From NCBI GenBank assembly GCA_965287045.1, contig OZ336875.1, positions 73,160,001-73,224,000 of the forward strand: DNA of 64,000 bases, in the 5' to 3' direction. Positions 37,973 through 50,603 of the stretch are shown in pieces. Position 1 is the first letter of the stretch, and every line of letters begins with the position of its first letter. The translations under genes were made by a program, and so were the position numbers. Below the pieces are notes generated by a model. It was given only the letters and a program-made list of their open reading frames with translations. It did no database searches and was not told where the DNA came from. The stretch comes from Carcharhinus amblyrhynchos. Lineage: Eukaryota.

Positions 37973-38296
37973 TGTAGTACATTCCTGAACAACAGGTCTG
38001 ATATTTTGTATATGTTGCCATTTCTTAGCAATTGAAAATGATATTCTTGTTTTTGCATATTCAACCTGTGTATTGTTGTGATCCTAGTTGATACCCCTAG
38101 ACAAGCCTGATCCCAGGATGAAACCTGCCTTAATAGATCCTAACTTTTTTTTTGCTTAGAAACATGCAGGTTGGCTTCTGAAGAGTCGGAATTTGCAGAT
38201 GAATTTTTATCAGAAGGACAGAACATTTATTCAACAAGGAGAGATAAAGTTTGATAACACTGCTCCTTCATCCACAAGTATTTCTTGTGTCGGAGT

Positions 38297-38608
38297 CAGG
38301 CACAATGGTTAGCACTGCTGCTTTACAGCTCCAGGCACCTGGTTTGATTCTGGCCTTGGGTGAATGTCTATGTGGAGTTTGCACATTCTTCCTGTGTCTG
38401 CATGCGATTCCTCTGGTGCTCTAGTTTCCTCCCACAGTCAAAGATGTGCAGTTACAGTTGATTACCATGCTAATTAACTCTTAGCGTCAGGGGGATTAGC
38501 AAGGTAATTACATGGGTTTATGGCAATAACACCTGCGTGTAATTGCTGTCAGTGCAAGCTCAATGAGTCAAATGGCTGCCTTCTGCACTGTAGGAATTCT
38601 AAGGATTA
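38297..38608 (+). mobile_element. HE1-type V-SINE with CR1-type tail
   Basis: Head ggcacaatggttagcactgctgc, V-domain and tail ccttctgcactgtaggaattcta. Confidence 0.88.
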
Positions 38609-38609
38609 T

Positions 38610-39300
38610 GGTCAGAATTATCCTACTTTGAGATAGAAATGCTCTGGCGGAGGAAGAAACAAGGAGTGTTGCCTGCTGCAAGAAAACAATCCAAATCTTC
38701 CAGCCCCAAATCCATTAATTATGCAGTATTCCAACATGGGACAGGGCTGGATGATGAGCAATCTGCTGTTGTGTCGATGCCATATTGAAAAGACATCCAA
38801 CATCATTGACCCACTATTGAAGAAAGAAGATGGACCTCTCTGAGAACAAAGATTAATCTCCAGGGACGTTTTGCGGCCGGAAGATGGATTCCTTCCAGGA
38901 TACCTGATCTGGAAGGTCCACTTGCAGCTGCATCCCGAGCTACTGCTGTAATGATCCAGAGTTGTCATCAGCTCCCATTTTGAACTCCAGAGGCAGCGCC
39001 AGGCATTGTTCAGATGAGTCTGACATCTGTATGCCAGGTTGAACAAACGTGTTAAACACTGGTGTGTTTTCCCAACAGCATTGTAGAGAATCTGGGCATG
39101 GTGGACCAGGCCTTCATCTGCATGCAATTAACTGGATGCAAATCAGGTTCATGCCATCCTCTGACAGGTTTTTCAACCTGCCATAATTGACACTACTACA
39201 AGATCCTGTTGTAACTTCATGCTGGTGTGTAACCAATTTCTGGCCCTCCTGCCATATTCTCCCATTGTGCCTGCCAGCAGGCACTTGGGACAATTACGCC
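38610..39300. mobile_element. Possible internally deleted Harbinger-like element
   Basis: Imperfect terminal inverted repeats ggtcagaattatcc / ggacaattacgccc; only faint transposase-like remnants. Confidence 0.35.
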
Positions 39301-39552
39301 CTACACTTTCATAGACGTGTACAGATTTGTGAGGATAATGTAAATTACAAAATCCATCTTGTACTCTATTGTTTATAGTTGTCACCAATGTGCCAGCAGG
39401 TTCAAGGCCACCAGGCTTTCAAAAGGGATTGCACAGGATACGAATTGTAATAACAGAATTAGTAATTGTAGATAGAGCAAAAGAAGTACATTGTCATTCT
39501 AATATGAAACGCTTTGTAATCTGCAGGAGGCAGATTCCATCTAGCAGTCTGT

Positions 39553-40400
39553 CTTCTTCTTTGGCAGTCCCTCAGGATCAAGGATGACTTGCTTTCACTC
39601 CAGGGAGGTAGGTTCTGGCGTTGCTGAATAGTCCAATCCTGGGGCTGCAGACTCCTTCATAAGTTTGACAGGTGCTGTTTCATGAGGTAGGTGAGTGGGA
39701 TGCTCTGGATTCAGTTCTTTTTCTGCTGCTTATGCTTGGCCTCAGTGTGCTCTTCTCCAGTTTGTGTGTTCTTAGGCCAGTGTTTCCTATTTGCTGATGG
39801 GGATGTTGTATTTATTTAGGGAGGTTTTCAGAGTGCCCCAGTAATGTTTCCTCTGCCCTCCTCGTGATCGGTTGCCATTGTGAAGCCTGCCACTGCAGAG
39901 CTCAGAGTAGGGCACTTATTTAGGGAATCTTGTGTTGGGCATGTGGATAATGAGACCAGCCCATCGCAGCTGGTCGAGCATGACCAATGCCTGGGAAAGG
40001 ACCCTCTTGGTAATGTGCCTATTCTGCCAGTGAATTTGCATGATTTTGTGGAAGCAACATTAGTGATATCCCAGAAATCCTTTGCACTGCGCAAGATCCA
40101 GTCAGGCTCCCCAGTCAATTCTAACAGGAGGGAAGCTCTAATCCTTTCTCTTTGTACTGTGGTTTGGCTTGAGCTGCTGCAAGAAGGCGATAACTCTGAG
40201 CTGGGAACCGCAATCGAACAGCAGAGGAGGTAACCTAAAGACAGTTGGCATTTTGTCAATCTCCTTTAACCTTTTGCATTGCACAATATATATGCAGCCT
40301 GAATACAACGGATGTGGTGTGGCTGGAGTGGATTTTGGCCTGGATGGCTGACACGAACTTGTGTAATCCTGGTGGCAAGGCTTTCAGCTACGTTGAGGAA
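39553..40400. mobile_element. Degraded RTE-clade LINE or associated element
   Basis: cttcttctttggcagtccctcaggatcaaggatgacttgct resembles a recalled vertebrate RTE terminal sequence. Confidence 0.35.
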
Positions 40401-40422
40401 AGATAGAATCATTGCAGTACAA

Positions 40423-40762
40423 GGGTGGCACGGCAGCACAGTGGTTAGCACGCTGCCTCACAGCACCAGGGACCCGGGTTCAATTCTGGCCTTGGACAAT
40501 TGAACGTTCTCCCTGTGTCTGAATGGGTTTCCTCCGGTTTCTTTCCACAGTCCAAAGATGTGCAGGTTAGGTGGATTGGCCATACTAAATTGCCCCTTAG
40601 TGTCTAAAGATGTGTGGGTTAGCTGGAATGGCCATGGTAAATATCTGGGATTACAGGGATAGGGCAGATGGAATGGGCTGGATGGGATGTTCTTTCAGAG
40701 TTGGTGCGGACTCAAGGGACCAAATGACCTCTTTCTGCACTCGGGATTCCATGATTCTAATG
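40423..40762 (+). mobile_element. HE1-type V-SINE with CR1-type tail
   Basis: gggtggcacggcagcacagtggttagcac..gggttcaattc, V-domain and tail gattccatgattcta. Confidence 0.9.
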
Positions 40763-40844
40763 AAGACTATCAGAAAATTAAATTCTTATAAGACATACTT
40801 AATTTGTCAAAATTAAAAATGCAAATATATCTTTTTTAAAAGTA

Positions 40845-41390
40845 CAGGTCACACTTGTAATACTGTGTATGGTTCTGGTCACCCTATTATAGAAAGGATA
40901 TTATTGAACTAGAAAGAGTGCAGAAGAGGTTTATTAGGATGCTACCAGGACATTATGGTTTGAGTTGTAAGGAGAGGCTGGATAGATTGGGACTTTTTTC
41001 CCTGGAGCATAGAAAGCTTAGGTGTGATCTTATAGAGGCCTACAAAATAATGAGGGGCATAGTTGAGGTAGATGGTCAACATCTTTTCCCAAAGATAGGG
41101 GAGCCTGATACTAGAGGGCATAAGTTTAAGGTGAGAGGGGAGAGATACAAAAGAATCCAGAGGGGAAGTTTGTTTAAACAGAGTGGTGAGCATCTGGAAT
41201 GAGCTGCCTGAGTAGAGGCAGGTACAATTTTGTCTTTTAGAGAGCATTTAGATAGTTACATGAGTAAGATGATGTAGAGGTATATGGGCCAAACGCAAGC
41301 AATTTGGACTAACTTAGTGGTAAAAACTGGACAGCATGGACAAGTTGGGCCAAAGGGCCTGTTTCCCTGCGTAAACCTCTATGACTCTCC
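40845..41390 (+). mobile_element. CR1 3' fragment
   Basis: Translation QKRFIRMLPG..ERLDRLGLFSLE..DTRGHKFKVRG; the 3' UTR ends ctctatgactct. Confidence 0.92.
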
Positions 41391-41429
41391 AGGGATTAAT
41401 GGTGTGTGCTGTACATTATCCATCTTTCT

Positions 41430-42300
41430 GATATGTTAAGAGGGGCAGGGACCACGGCTGCTCTGGAGGTCGTGAGTTTGGTACTGGATTTGATGTCTAG
41501 GACTTTGTTCCTCAAGCATCCGAAGACGTCAATGGAGTCAATGCTGTGTTTCATCTTCGACGTCTGCTTGCACTGAGAGGAGGCTGCTGAGATATGGGAA
41601 ATAGTCTACATTGTCCAGAGGCCCACTGTGGATCTTGATGGTGGGGGGGATACTTCTGTGGCAGGAGCAGGCTGGTAGAGAACTTTTGTTTGCTGGATGT
41701 TTAGTCTGAGGCCCATTCGCTCGTATGCGTCGGTAAAGCGTTAACACTGGTTTGTAGCTCAGCTTCCGACTGTGCATACACAAAGATGTCATCTGTGTAC
41801 TTCAGCTCAATGGCAGAAGTTGGGGTAGTCTTGGTTCTGGCCTGGAGGGGTTAGAGGTTGAAAAGTTTCCCGCTTGTCTGGTACGTTGGCTCCACTCCAG
41901 CAGAGAGCTTCAGAGTGATGGGGTGAAGGGTTCCTGCAAGGAAAATGGAGAAGAACATTGGTGTAATGACACAGCCCTGGTTGACTCCAGTTTGCACGTG
42001 TATTTGGTCTATGGTGGTTCAGTTGGTGAGGATCGCGACTTGCATGCCTGCTGAAATTTGTCACCATTCTCCACCTGCTCCATGATGACATGCAAGTCCA
42101 AGATTTTAAAAGATTTAAATTCCTTGGGTGTAAGGGATTTTTGACTTCAAACCTAATGAGAGTAAGGACCACGTGCAGCCAAGTGAGAAAATAGCTCTGG
42201 AGGTAGTTTGATCTTCCCTGGAGCTGGACAATGTAACAGTAGCAAGTGCCAAAAATTAAATTGATGGCATTGGCAAATAAATTGAACATAGCCTTATCTA
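41430..42300 (-). mobile_element. Degraded RTE-clade LINE RT fragment
   Basis: Translation TIKIHSGPLDNVDYFPYLSSLLSVQADVEDETQH matches the RTE-type post-RT block; upstream ETFQPLTPPGQNQ remnant. Confidence 0.75.
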
Positions 42301-43434
42301 CGGGGGCTAAGAAGAAAATCTTTGAATACGTCTGTCACCTGTTGGTCATTCTGCCCCTGTGTAAGTGATCCTTTTTGTCTGCCCTTTGCCTCTGTGTAGC
42401 AATCCAACTGGCTTTTTTGGTTTCCCAGTTCTAAAGTTCTCTTGGTCCTGTGGACAATTGATAACCCCAATAGAATGGCCATTTAATCATCAGCACACTG
42501 CACTAGTGTGGCCCAGTTTATTGTAATGCCAACATCTGACTTTTTGTCTGCAACTCTGCAGCTTGTCTGGTTGTTCTAACTTTTTGTTGCTCAATGTACA
42601 TTCTAATCATGGTAGACAACAAGTTTTAAAATTCTTCCAGCAGAATTATCTCTCAAGTGCTTCATAGCTTTTGGCTATTTTCAGTGACTGCGTCAGTTGA
42701 TCAAAATAACTTTGTTTGATTCTTTCAAATGCAAGGTACGTCAGCCCAGGCTGTTTTCTTACAACTCTCTGAACTGTAGCCTCTGGTACCAGCTCATAAG
42801 CACTCAATATAGCTTTCCTTCCTGCCTTCAGAATCTTCAGACCTTCCCTCCGATGAGAAGCAGATATTTAACTAGCCCTACCTACAAATTTAGTCAGTAC
42901 GAACAGGGTCTAAGTGTCTTGTAACCACGCCATCTGTTTAGCTATGATTTCAGAGTGCAATAAAAGTCTTGGCTTCCTTTTCATCAAATTTTGGGAGCGC
43001 TTGGAAATCTGAACATTTCCCTACAGGTTTCCTGATTTAGAACTACCTTGTTCCTTATTCAGCTGTGTACCTAGTGCCATTTGCCACACTTAAATTTTGG
43101 TGTTTTTTCTCTCTCTCTCTCTTTCTCTATTTTTCCATTGCTAACTTCCGCATTTCCAATTCCTTTTGAAACTCTCTTGTTGGCTCTTTCTTCTCTTTAC
43201 CCCTCTCAATCTTCTTATTCTCTCTTTTCTGCATCTATAGCTTCTTAACTGCTAAGCTTTCTACTTGAAGCTTAGCTAGTTTGATTTATTCCCTTCTCAA
43301 AGTATTGGGTCTTTTATATTCAGATGTGTTGCTAGAGTTTCAGTTATCTCAGCCGCCTTAGCCCCTGGTTGATCCTGTTGCCTCACGCAACAATTTCTCA
43401 TTTAACTTGTCTCACTTCCTCCAAAAGATGTCCA

Positions 43435-43631
43435 TGAGGTACAGATGCTGGCATTGAACTGGGGTGGGCATAGTAAAAGTCTCACAACACCAGGTTAAAG
43501 CCGAACAGGAATATTTGGAATCATGAGCTTTCTGAGCGCTGCACTTGATAAAGGAGCCGTGCATCGAAAGTTCATGATTCCAAATTAACCTGTTGGACTT
43601 CAACCTGGTGTTGTGAGACTTATTACTGTGT
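43435..43631. mobile_element. Palindromic mini-Penelope (two inverted pLTR ends joined at the hammerhead region)
   Basis: agtctcacaacaccaggttaaag..tttggaatcatgagctttc is inverted against gaaagttcatgattccaaa..cttcaacctggtgttgtgagact. Same family as 4716-5845. Confidence 0.8.
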
Positions 43632-46240
43632 CCAAAAGATGTGGCTATGGGTATCTGCATGGATTCCAGTTATGCTTATCTGTTTTGAGGTATGTGGAGC
43701 ATTCCCTGTTCCAATTTTATTCCAGCCTCTTCCCACTACTTTTTCATTGGTATATCGACGTCATGAACTGAGATTGGAAAATAATACTCTGTCTTCATCA
43801 TTGATCTGTGCGTCTTGGAGTACACAGGGCAAAATATTTTGAATGAATGAAAACTCTATCTCTATATTCATTAAAAAAAGGCCTGTTTCCTTCCACCTCC
43901 ACCTGGGTTTTTCCAAGTTGCTGACTGCTTTTGTTGCTTCAAGTTTACTTGAGTAGATTAATGTACAGGAAAGGGTAAAACTACAAGAAGTATATTGGTT
44001 GATAGGAAGCAAAGCAGCAGGTTAGCATGTAGGGGAGTGGGTTCAACTACATGGAAAATTATGGGGAAAAAAGGGAGGCAGTTAATGCAGGACTGAAGGA
44101 GTGTATTTGAATGCACGCAGTATGCGAAACAAAGCAAATGAACTGGTAACTCCGATTGAAATTGGCAGGTACAATATTGTGAGCATCACCGAGATGTGGC
44201 TGCAAGTGGATCAGGGCAGGGAGCTAAATATCCAAGGAAACAAATCCTATCAAAAAAGGCAGGTAGACAAAGGGGGCAGGGTTGTCTTGTTAGTAAGAAA
44301 TGAAATTAAATCGATAGCAAAAAACGATGTAGGGTCAGAAGATGTAGAATCTGTGTGGGTAGAGTTGAGGAACCGCGAAGATAAAAAGACCATGATGGGA
44401 GTTATGTGCAGGCCTCCAAGCAGTAGTCAGGACGTGGGTGACAAGATACAGTTGGAGATAGGAAAGGCAAGGTTGGTGATCGGGGGACTTCAATATGCAG
44501 GTGACTGGGAAAATCAGGTTGGTAGTAGTTCCCAAGGAAAGGAATTCTTGGGATGTCTACCAGATGGCTTTTTGGAGTAGCTTGTGGTGGAGCCTATTAA
44601 GGAACAGGCAATTCTGGTTTTGGTGACGTGTAATGAGACAGACTTGATAAGGGAACTTGGAGAAGTAGCCCTTAGGAGACAGTGACCATAACGTGATCAA
44701 TTTCACCCTGCAGCTTGAGAGGGAGAAGCTGGAATCAGATGTAATGATGTTACAGTTGAGTAACGGTAACTACAGAGGCGTGAGGGAAGAGCTAGCCAGA
44801 GTTGATTTGGGAGAGAATTCTAGCAGGAAAGACAGCAGAACAGCAATGGCAGGAGTTTCGAAGAGTAATTTGGGATTCACATCAAAATTCCATCTCAAGG
44901 AAGAAGACGCATATTAAGGGAAGGTTGAGGCAACTATGCTTGACAAAGGAAGTCAGGGACAGCATAAAAGCAAAAAAAAGTGTACGATTTGGCAAAGATA
45001 AATGAGAAGCCAGGGGATTGGACAATCTTTTAAAAATCAAAAGAGGACAACTTAAAAAAAAAAGGTGGGGGGAAGAAGATGAAACTTGAAAGTAAGCTAG
45101 CCAGGAATAGAGAAGAAGATTGCAAGAGTTTTATAAAGGGTAAAAGAGAGACAATAGTGGACATTGGACCACTGGAAAAGTTTGCTGGAGCAGTAGTCAT
45201 GGGGAACAAAGAAATGGCAGAGGAACTGAATAGGTACTTTGTGTCAGCCTTCATAGTGGAAGACACCAGAAACGTGCCAAAAGTTAAAGTGAGTCAGTGG
45301 GTAGAGGTGAATATGGTCGCCATTCCTAAGGAGAAGGTGCTCAGGAAACCAACAGGTGTAAAGGTGGATAAATCACCCGGACCAGATGAACGACACCCCA
45401 GAGTTCTGAAGGAGATAGCTGAAGTGATAGTGGAGGCATTTGTGATGATCTTTTGGGAACCATTGGAATCAGGGCGGGTCCCAGACGACTGGAAAATCGC
45501 TAATATAACAAAACACCCCTATTTAAGAAGAAAGGGAGGCAAAAGACAGGAAATTAGAGACTGGTTAGTCTGACCTCATTCATTGGTAAGATTTTAAAGT
45601 CCATTATTAAAGATGGAAAAGCATGGTAAAATAGGTCGAAGTAGGCATGGTTTCATCAAGGGGACGTCATGCCTGATCAATCAGTTAGAATTCTTTTGAG
45701 GAGGTAATGAACAGGTTAGGTGAAGGAGTGCCAGTAAATGTTATCTATTTGGATTTCTAGAAGACCTTGACAAAGTTGCTGCATAGGAGGCGGCTGAGTA
45801 AGATGAGAGGCATGGTACTAGCATGGATGGAAGATTGGCTGACTGATAGAAGGCAGAGAGTGAGGATAAAAGTGTCCTTTACTGGATGGCAACTGGTGCC
45901 TAGTGAAGTTCTGCAGGGCTCAGTGTTGGGACCACAACTTTTCACTTGATCTAGATGAAGAAACTAAGGGCATTGTGGCTAAGTTTACAGATAATACGAA
46001 GATAGTCAGAGGGACCGGTAGTACCGAAGAGGCGGGGAGGCTGTAGAAGGACTTGGACAGATTAGGAAAGTGGGCAAAGAAGTGGCAGATGGAATACAGC
46101 ATGGGAAAGTGTAAGATTATGCACTTTGGTAGGAAGAAAAGAGGCATAGAATGGGGAGAGAATTCAGAAATTGGAAGCACAAAGGGATTGGGGAGTCCTA
46201 GTTCAGTATTCTCTTAAGGTTGACTTGGTAGTCAGGCAAG

Positions 46241-48863
46241 TTGTGGGTGGAGATTAGGAACAGCAAAGGGAGGAAGACGCTGGTGGGTGTCGTCTATAGG
46301 CCCCCGAATAATGATCTGGAGGTGGGGCGGGCTGTTAACGCGCAAATAAGTGCGGCGTGCAGGAATGGGACGGCCGTAGTTATGGGGGATTTCAATCTGC
46401 ATATTGATTGATCGACCCATGTTGGATGCGGTGGGCTCGAGGAGGAGTTCTTGGAATGCTGCCGGGATAGTTTCCTGGAACAGTGCGTGTTGGAGCCGAC
46501 GAGGGAGAGAGCTATCTTGGATCTCGTGCTATGTAATGAGACGGGTAGAATTAGGGACCTTGCGGTGAAGGATTCTCTTGGGGAGAGTGATCATTGTATG
46601 GTGGAGTTTCTGGTGCAGATGGAGGAGGAGAAAGTGGGTTCCCGGACACGCGTACTTTGTTTGAATAGAGGGGAGTACGGTAGGATGAGAGAAGAATTGG
46701 CGAATGTTGACTGGGGGAGCGCGCTGGAGGGAGGGTCTGCTGAGGAGCAGTGGAGGATCTTTAAGGAGATCTTTCTTGGTGCTCAGCGGAAATTTATTCC
46801 TATGGTCAAAAAGGACAGTAGGAGGAGAGGTAATAAGCCGTGGATAACGAAGGAGGTGAAGGAAAGTGTTAAATTAAAAGCGGAGGAATTTAGAGTAGCT
46901 AAGAGTAGTGGGCGAGAAGAGGATTGGGAGAGGTTTAAATGTCAACAAAGATTGACAAAGAAGTTGATAAAGAAGGGTAGGAGAAACTATGAAGCTGGGC
47001 TAGCGCTTAATATAAAAAAGGATAGCAAGAGTTTTTGTAAATATATAAAAAGGAAGAGGCTGGCTAGGGTGAACGTTGGTCCTTTAGAGGATGAGAAAGG
47101 GGACCTAGTGGTAGGGGATGGGGATATGGCTAAGGTATTGAATAACTTTTTTGTTTCTGTCTTCACGGAGGAGGACGTGAATAATTTGCCGGGTGTTAGC
47201 GATGGAAAGGTGGTAGGACTGGAGGGTCTTAATGACATTACTGTTACTAGAGAGGCGGTGCTCGACAGACTGGAGGGGCTGATTGTGGACAAGTCCCCAG
47301 GACCGTATGGAATGCATCCGAGGGTTCTGAAAGAAATGGCGGAGGTGATAGTGGATGCCTTGGTGGTTATTTTCCAGACATCGCTGGATTCCGGGGAAGT
47401 GCTGGAAGATTGGAAAACGGCTAATGTTATGCCGTTGTTTAAGAAGGGTGCCAGGCAAAAGGCGGGGAATTATAGGCCGGTTAGTTTAACGTCTGTGGTA
47501 GGTAAAATGTTAGAATCCGTCATTAAGGAGGAAATTGCGAGGCATCTTGAAGGCAATTGCTTGATAGAGCGGACGCAGCATGGTTTCATTAAAGGGAAGT
47601 CGTGTCTGACAAATTTACTGGAGTTCTATGAGGATGTGTCTAGGGCGGTGGATAGAGGAGAGCCGGTGGTTGTGGTCTTTCTAGATTTTCAGAAGGCATT
47701 TGACAAAGTACCTCACAAGAGGTTATTGCAGAAGGTCGAGGGACATGGAGTTGGGGGTAGGGTGTTAGTGTGGATAGAGGATTGGTTGTCAAATAGGAGG
47801 CAGAGAGTGGGGGTCAACGGGTGCTATTTGGATTGGCGGATGGTGACTAGTGGAGTGCCCCAGGGGTCGGTGCTGGGGCCTCAGCTTTTTACCATTTATA
47901 TAGATGATCTGGAGGAGGGAACTGAGTGTAGGGTGTCGAAATTTGCTGATGACACCAAGATTGGTGGAACGGCAAATTGTGCGGAGGGTGTGGAGAGTCT
48001 GCAGAAGGATCTAGATAGGCTGGGCGAATGGGCCAGGAACTGGCAAATGGAATTTAATGTTGGCAAGTGCGAGGTGGTCCACTTTGGTAGGAATAATGGT
48101 AGGAAGGACTATTACTTACGTGGCGAAAAACTGCAGCAGGCGACGGTGCAGAGGGACCTCGGGGTCCTTGTGCATGAGTCGCAAAAACCCAGCTTGCAGG
48201 TGCAGCAGGTGGTCAGGAAGGCGAATGGGATGCTGGCCTTCATAGCGAGGGGGATTGAATATAAAAGTAGGGAGATCTTGCTGCAGCTGTATAGGGCATT
48301 GGTGAGGCCGCAGCTGGAGTACTGTGTGCAGTTTTGGGCGCCGCACCTGCGCAAAGATATTTTGGCCTTGGAGGGAGTGCAGAGGAGGTTTACTAGGCTG
48401 ATACCAGAGTTGAGGGGGTTGAGCTATGAGGAGAGGCTGAATAAACTAGGCTTGTACTCGTTAGAGTTTAGAAGAATGAGGGGAGATCTCATTGAGACGT
48501 ACAAGATGATGAATGAGATGGATAGGATAGAGGTGGAGAGACTCTTCCCGCTCAAAAAAGACAGTAGGACTAGGGGGCACAGCCTCAAGATAAAGGGGGG
48601 GCGGTTTAGAACGGAGTTGAGGAGGAACTTCTTCACTCGAAGAGTGGTGAATCTCTGGAATTCTCTGCCCGTTGAAGTGGTGGAGGCTGCCTCGCTAAAT
48701 ATTTTTAAGACGCGGGTTGATGGGTTTTTGATAAGAGAGGGGATTAAGGGTTATGGGGAGAGGGCGGTGATGTGGAACTGAGCCACGACAGATCAGCCAT
48801 GATCTTATTGAATGGCGGGGCTAGATGGCCTACTCCTGCTCCTATTTCTTATGTTCTTATGTT
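46241..48863 (+). mobile_element. Very young 5'-truncated CR1 LINE with an essentially intact ORF2 (partial endonuclease and full RT)
   Basis: 776-codon ORF at 46451-48781 with [37 protein letters not shown] and KFADD. One upstream in-frame stop (46409-46411), many CpGs, a (ttcttatg)n tail and a possible caag TSD. Confidence 0.97.
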
Positions 48864-49544
48864 CAAGCAAATGCAATGTCAGCATTCATTTCAAGAGGAC
48901 TAGAATAGAAAAGCAGGGATGTACTGCTGAGGTTTCATAAGGCTCTGGTGAGATCACATTTAGAATATTGTGAGAATTTTGAACCCCATATCTAAGGAAG
49001 GATGTACTGACTTTGGAGAGTGTCCAGAGGAGGTTCACGAAAATGATCTTGGGAATGAAAGCTTTAAAGTTTTTAAGTTTATTATTAATGTCACAAGTAG
49101 GCTTTTCAAAAATCTATCTTTGCATTAAAAACATTCAAAGAGGTAGCCTCAGCTGCTTTACTGGACAAGAAACTTCAAAGTTTTGCCACCCTTTGGGTGA
49201 AGAAGTTCTTCCTCAACTCAGTCCTAAACCTGCCCTCCCTTACTTTGAGGCTATGCCCACACTTCTAATTTCACCCACCAGAAGTAACCTTCTACCCTTG
49301 TCAGATTAATCTATAGTTTGGGTAGGATACAGGAATTATGAAAAATGAGAACTCTCAAAGCCCAATGTTTTTACTAGGTTTGAAAGGAACACTGGTTAGA
49401 AATATAAAACATAGGTTGGTGATACAATACATCTGGTAGTCAGAAGGATGTCACAATAGGTCATATAAATGATTATCCACAAGTAGTCACCACTTGTTAT
49501 TCACACTCTTCAGCAACTGACCAGGTGGCTCAGCTGCAGAATGA

Positions 49545-49856
49545 ACTTAGTTTTTTTAGTTTACTTGAGTATTTATTACTGTCACAAGTAGGCTTACATT
49601 CACATTTCAATGAAGTTACTGTGAAAATCCCCTGGTCGCCGCACTCCGATACCTGTTTGGGTACACTGAGGGAGAATTTAGCATGGCCAGTGTGCTGGTT
49701 AGGTGCGTCTTTCGGACTGTGGGAGGAAACTGGAGCACCCGGAGAAAACCCATGGAGAGACATGAGAGAATGTGCAAACTCCAAAGCCAGGAATTGAACC
49801 TGGGTCCTTGGCGCTGAGAGGCAGCAGTCCAAACCACTATGCCACCATGACACCCT
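49545..49856 (-). mobile_element. V-SINE with alternative tail
   Basis: Same structure as 37655-37972. Confidence 0.88.
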
Positions 49857-50342
49857 GCTTCACGTATGAGGAGCATCGGAGCACTTTGGGTCTGTAATGG
49901 ATGGAGTTTAAAAGGATTTGGGGCGATCGCATTGAAACTTACAGATTACTGAAACACCTGGACAGAGTGGACATGGGGAAGATGTTTCCATTAGTAGGAG
50001 AGACTAGGATCTGAGGGCATAGCCTTAGAGTCAAGGGATGACCATTTAGAACTGAGATGAGGAAGTATGTCTTCAGACGGAGGGTGGTGAATCTGTGGAA
50101 TTCATTGCTACTGAAGGCTGTGAAGGTCAGGTCACTGAGTGTATTTAAGACAGACTTCAGTTCTTGATTGGTAAGGGGATTGAAAGTTCTGGGGAAAATG
50201 CGGACGAAGCCCTGATTGAATGGCAAAGCAAACTTGATGTGCTGAATGATTTAATTCTGCTCCTATATCTTATGATCACGTATTGTTAGCCATGAGCCAA
50301 CTGAATTTAATCTTCCATAATTGGCTCAAGGCCATCTTCATG

Positions 50343-50603
50343 AGTGGCATGGTGGCACAGTGGTTAGCACTGCTGTTTCACAGTGCCAGGGACCCAGGTT
50401 CGCTTCCTGGCTTGGGTCACTGTGTCGAGCTTGCATGTTCTCCCTGTGACTGTGTGGGTTTCCTCCCACACTCCAAAGATGTGTGGGTTAGATTGATTGG
50501 CCATGCTAAATTGCCACTTACTGTCGGGGGTGAGTAGGCTAAGTAAGAAGGGTTATGGGGATAGGCCTGGCTGGGATTGTGGTTGGTGCAGATTACTGGG
50601 CCA
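50343..50603 (+). mobile_element. HE1-type V-SINE, 3' end truncated
   Basis: ggcatggtggcacagtggttagcactgctg head and V-domain. Confidence 0.88.

Larger units (their letters stand above)
44050..50275 (+). mobile_element. Older CR1 ORF2 (APE endonuclease, RT, 3' UTR), split by insertions at 46241-48863 and 49063-49857
   Basis: YLNARSMRNK..ITEMWL..ESVWVELRN..RPPSS (endonuclease) and KSPGPDERHPRVLKE. The reading continues across both insertions (..gtcaggcaag|caaatgcaatg.. and ..gaatgaaagct|tcacgtatgaggag..). Confidence 0.9.
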
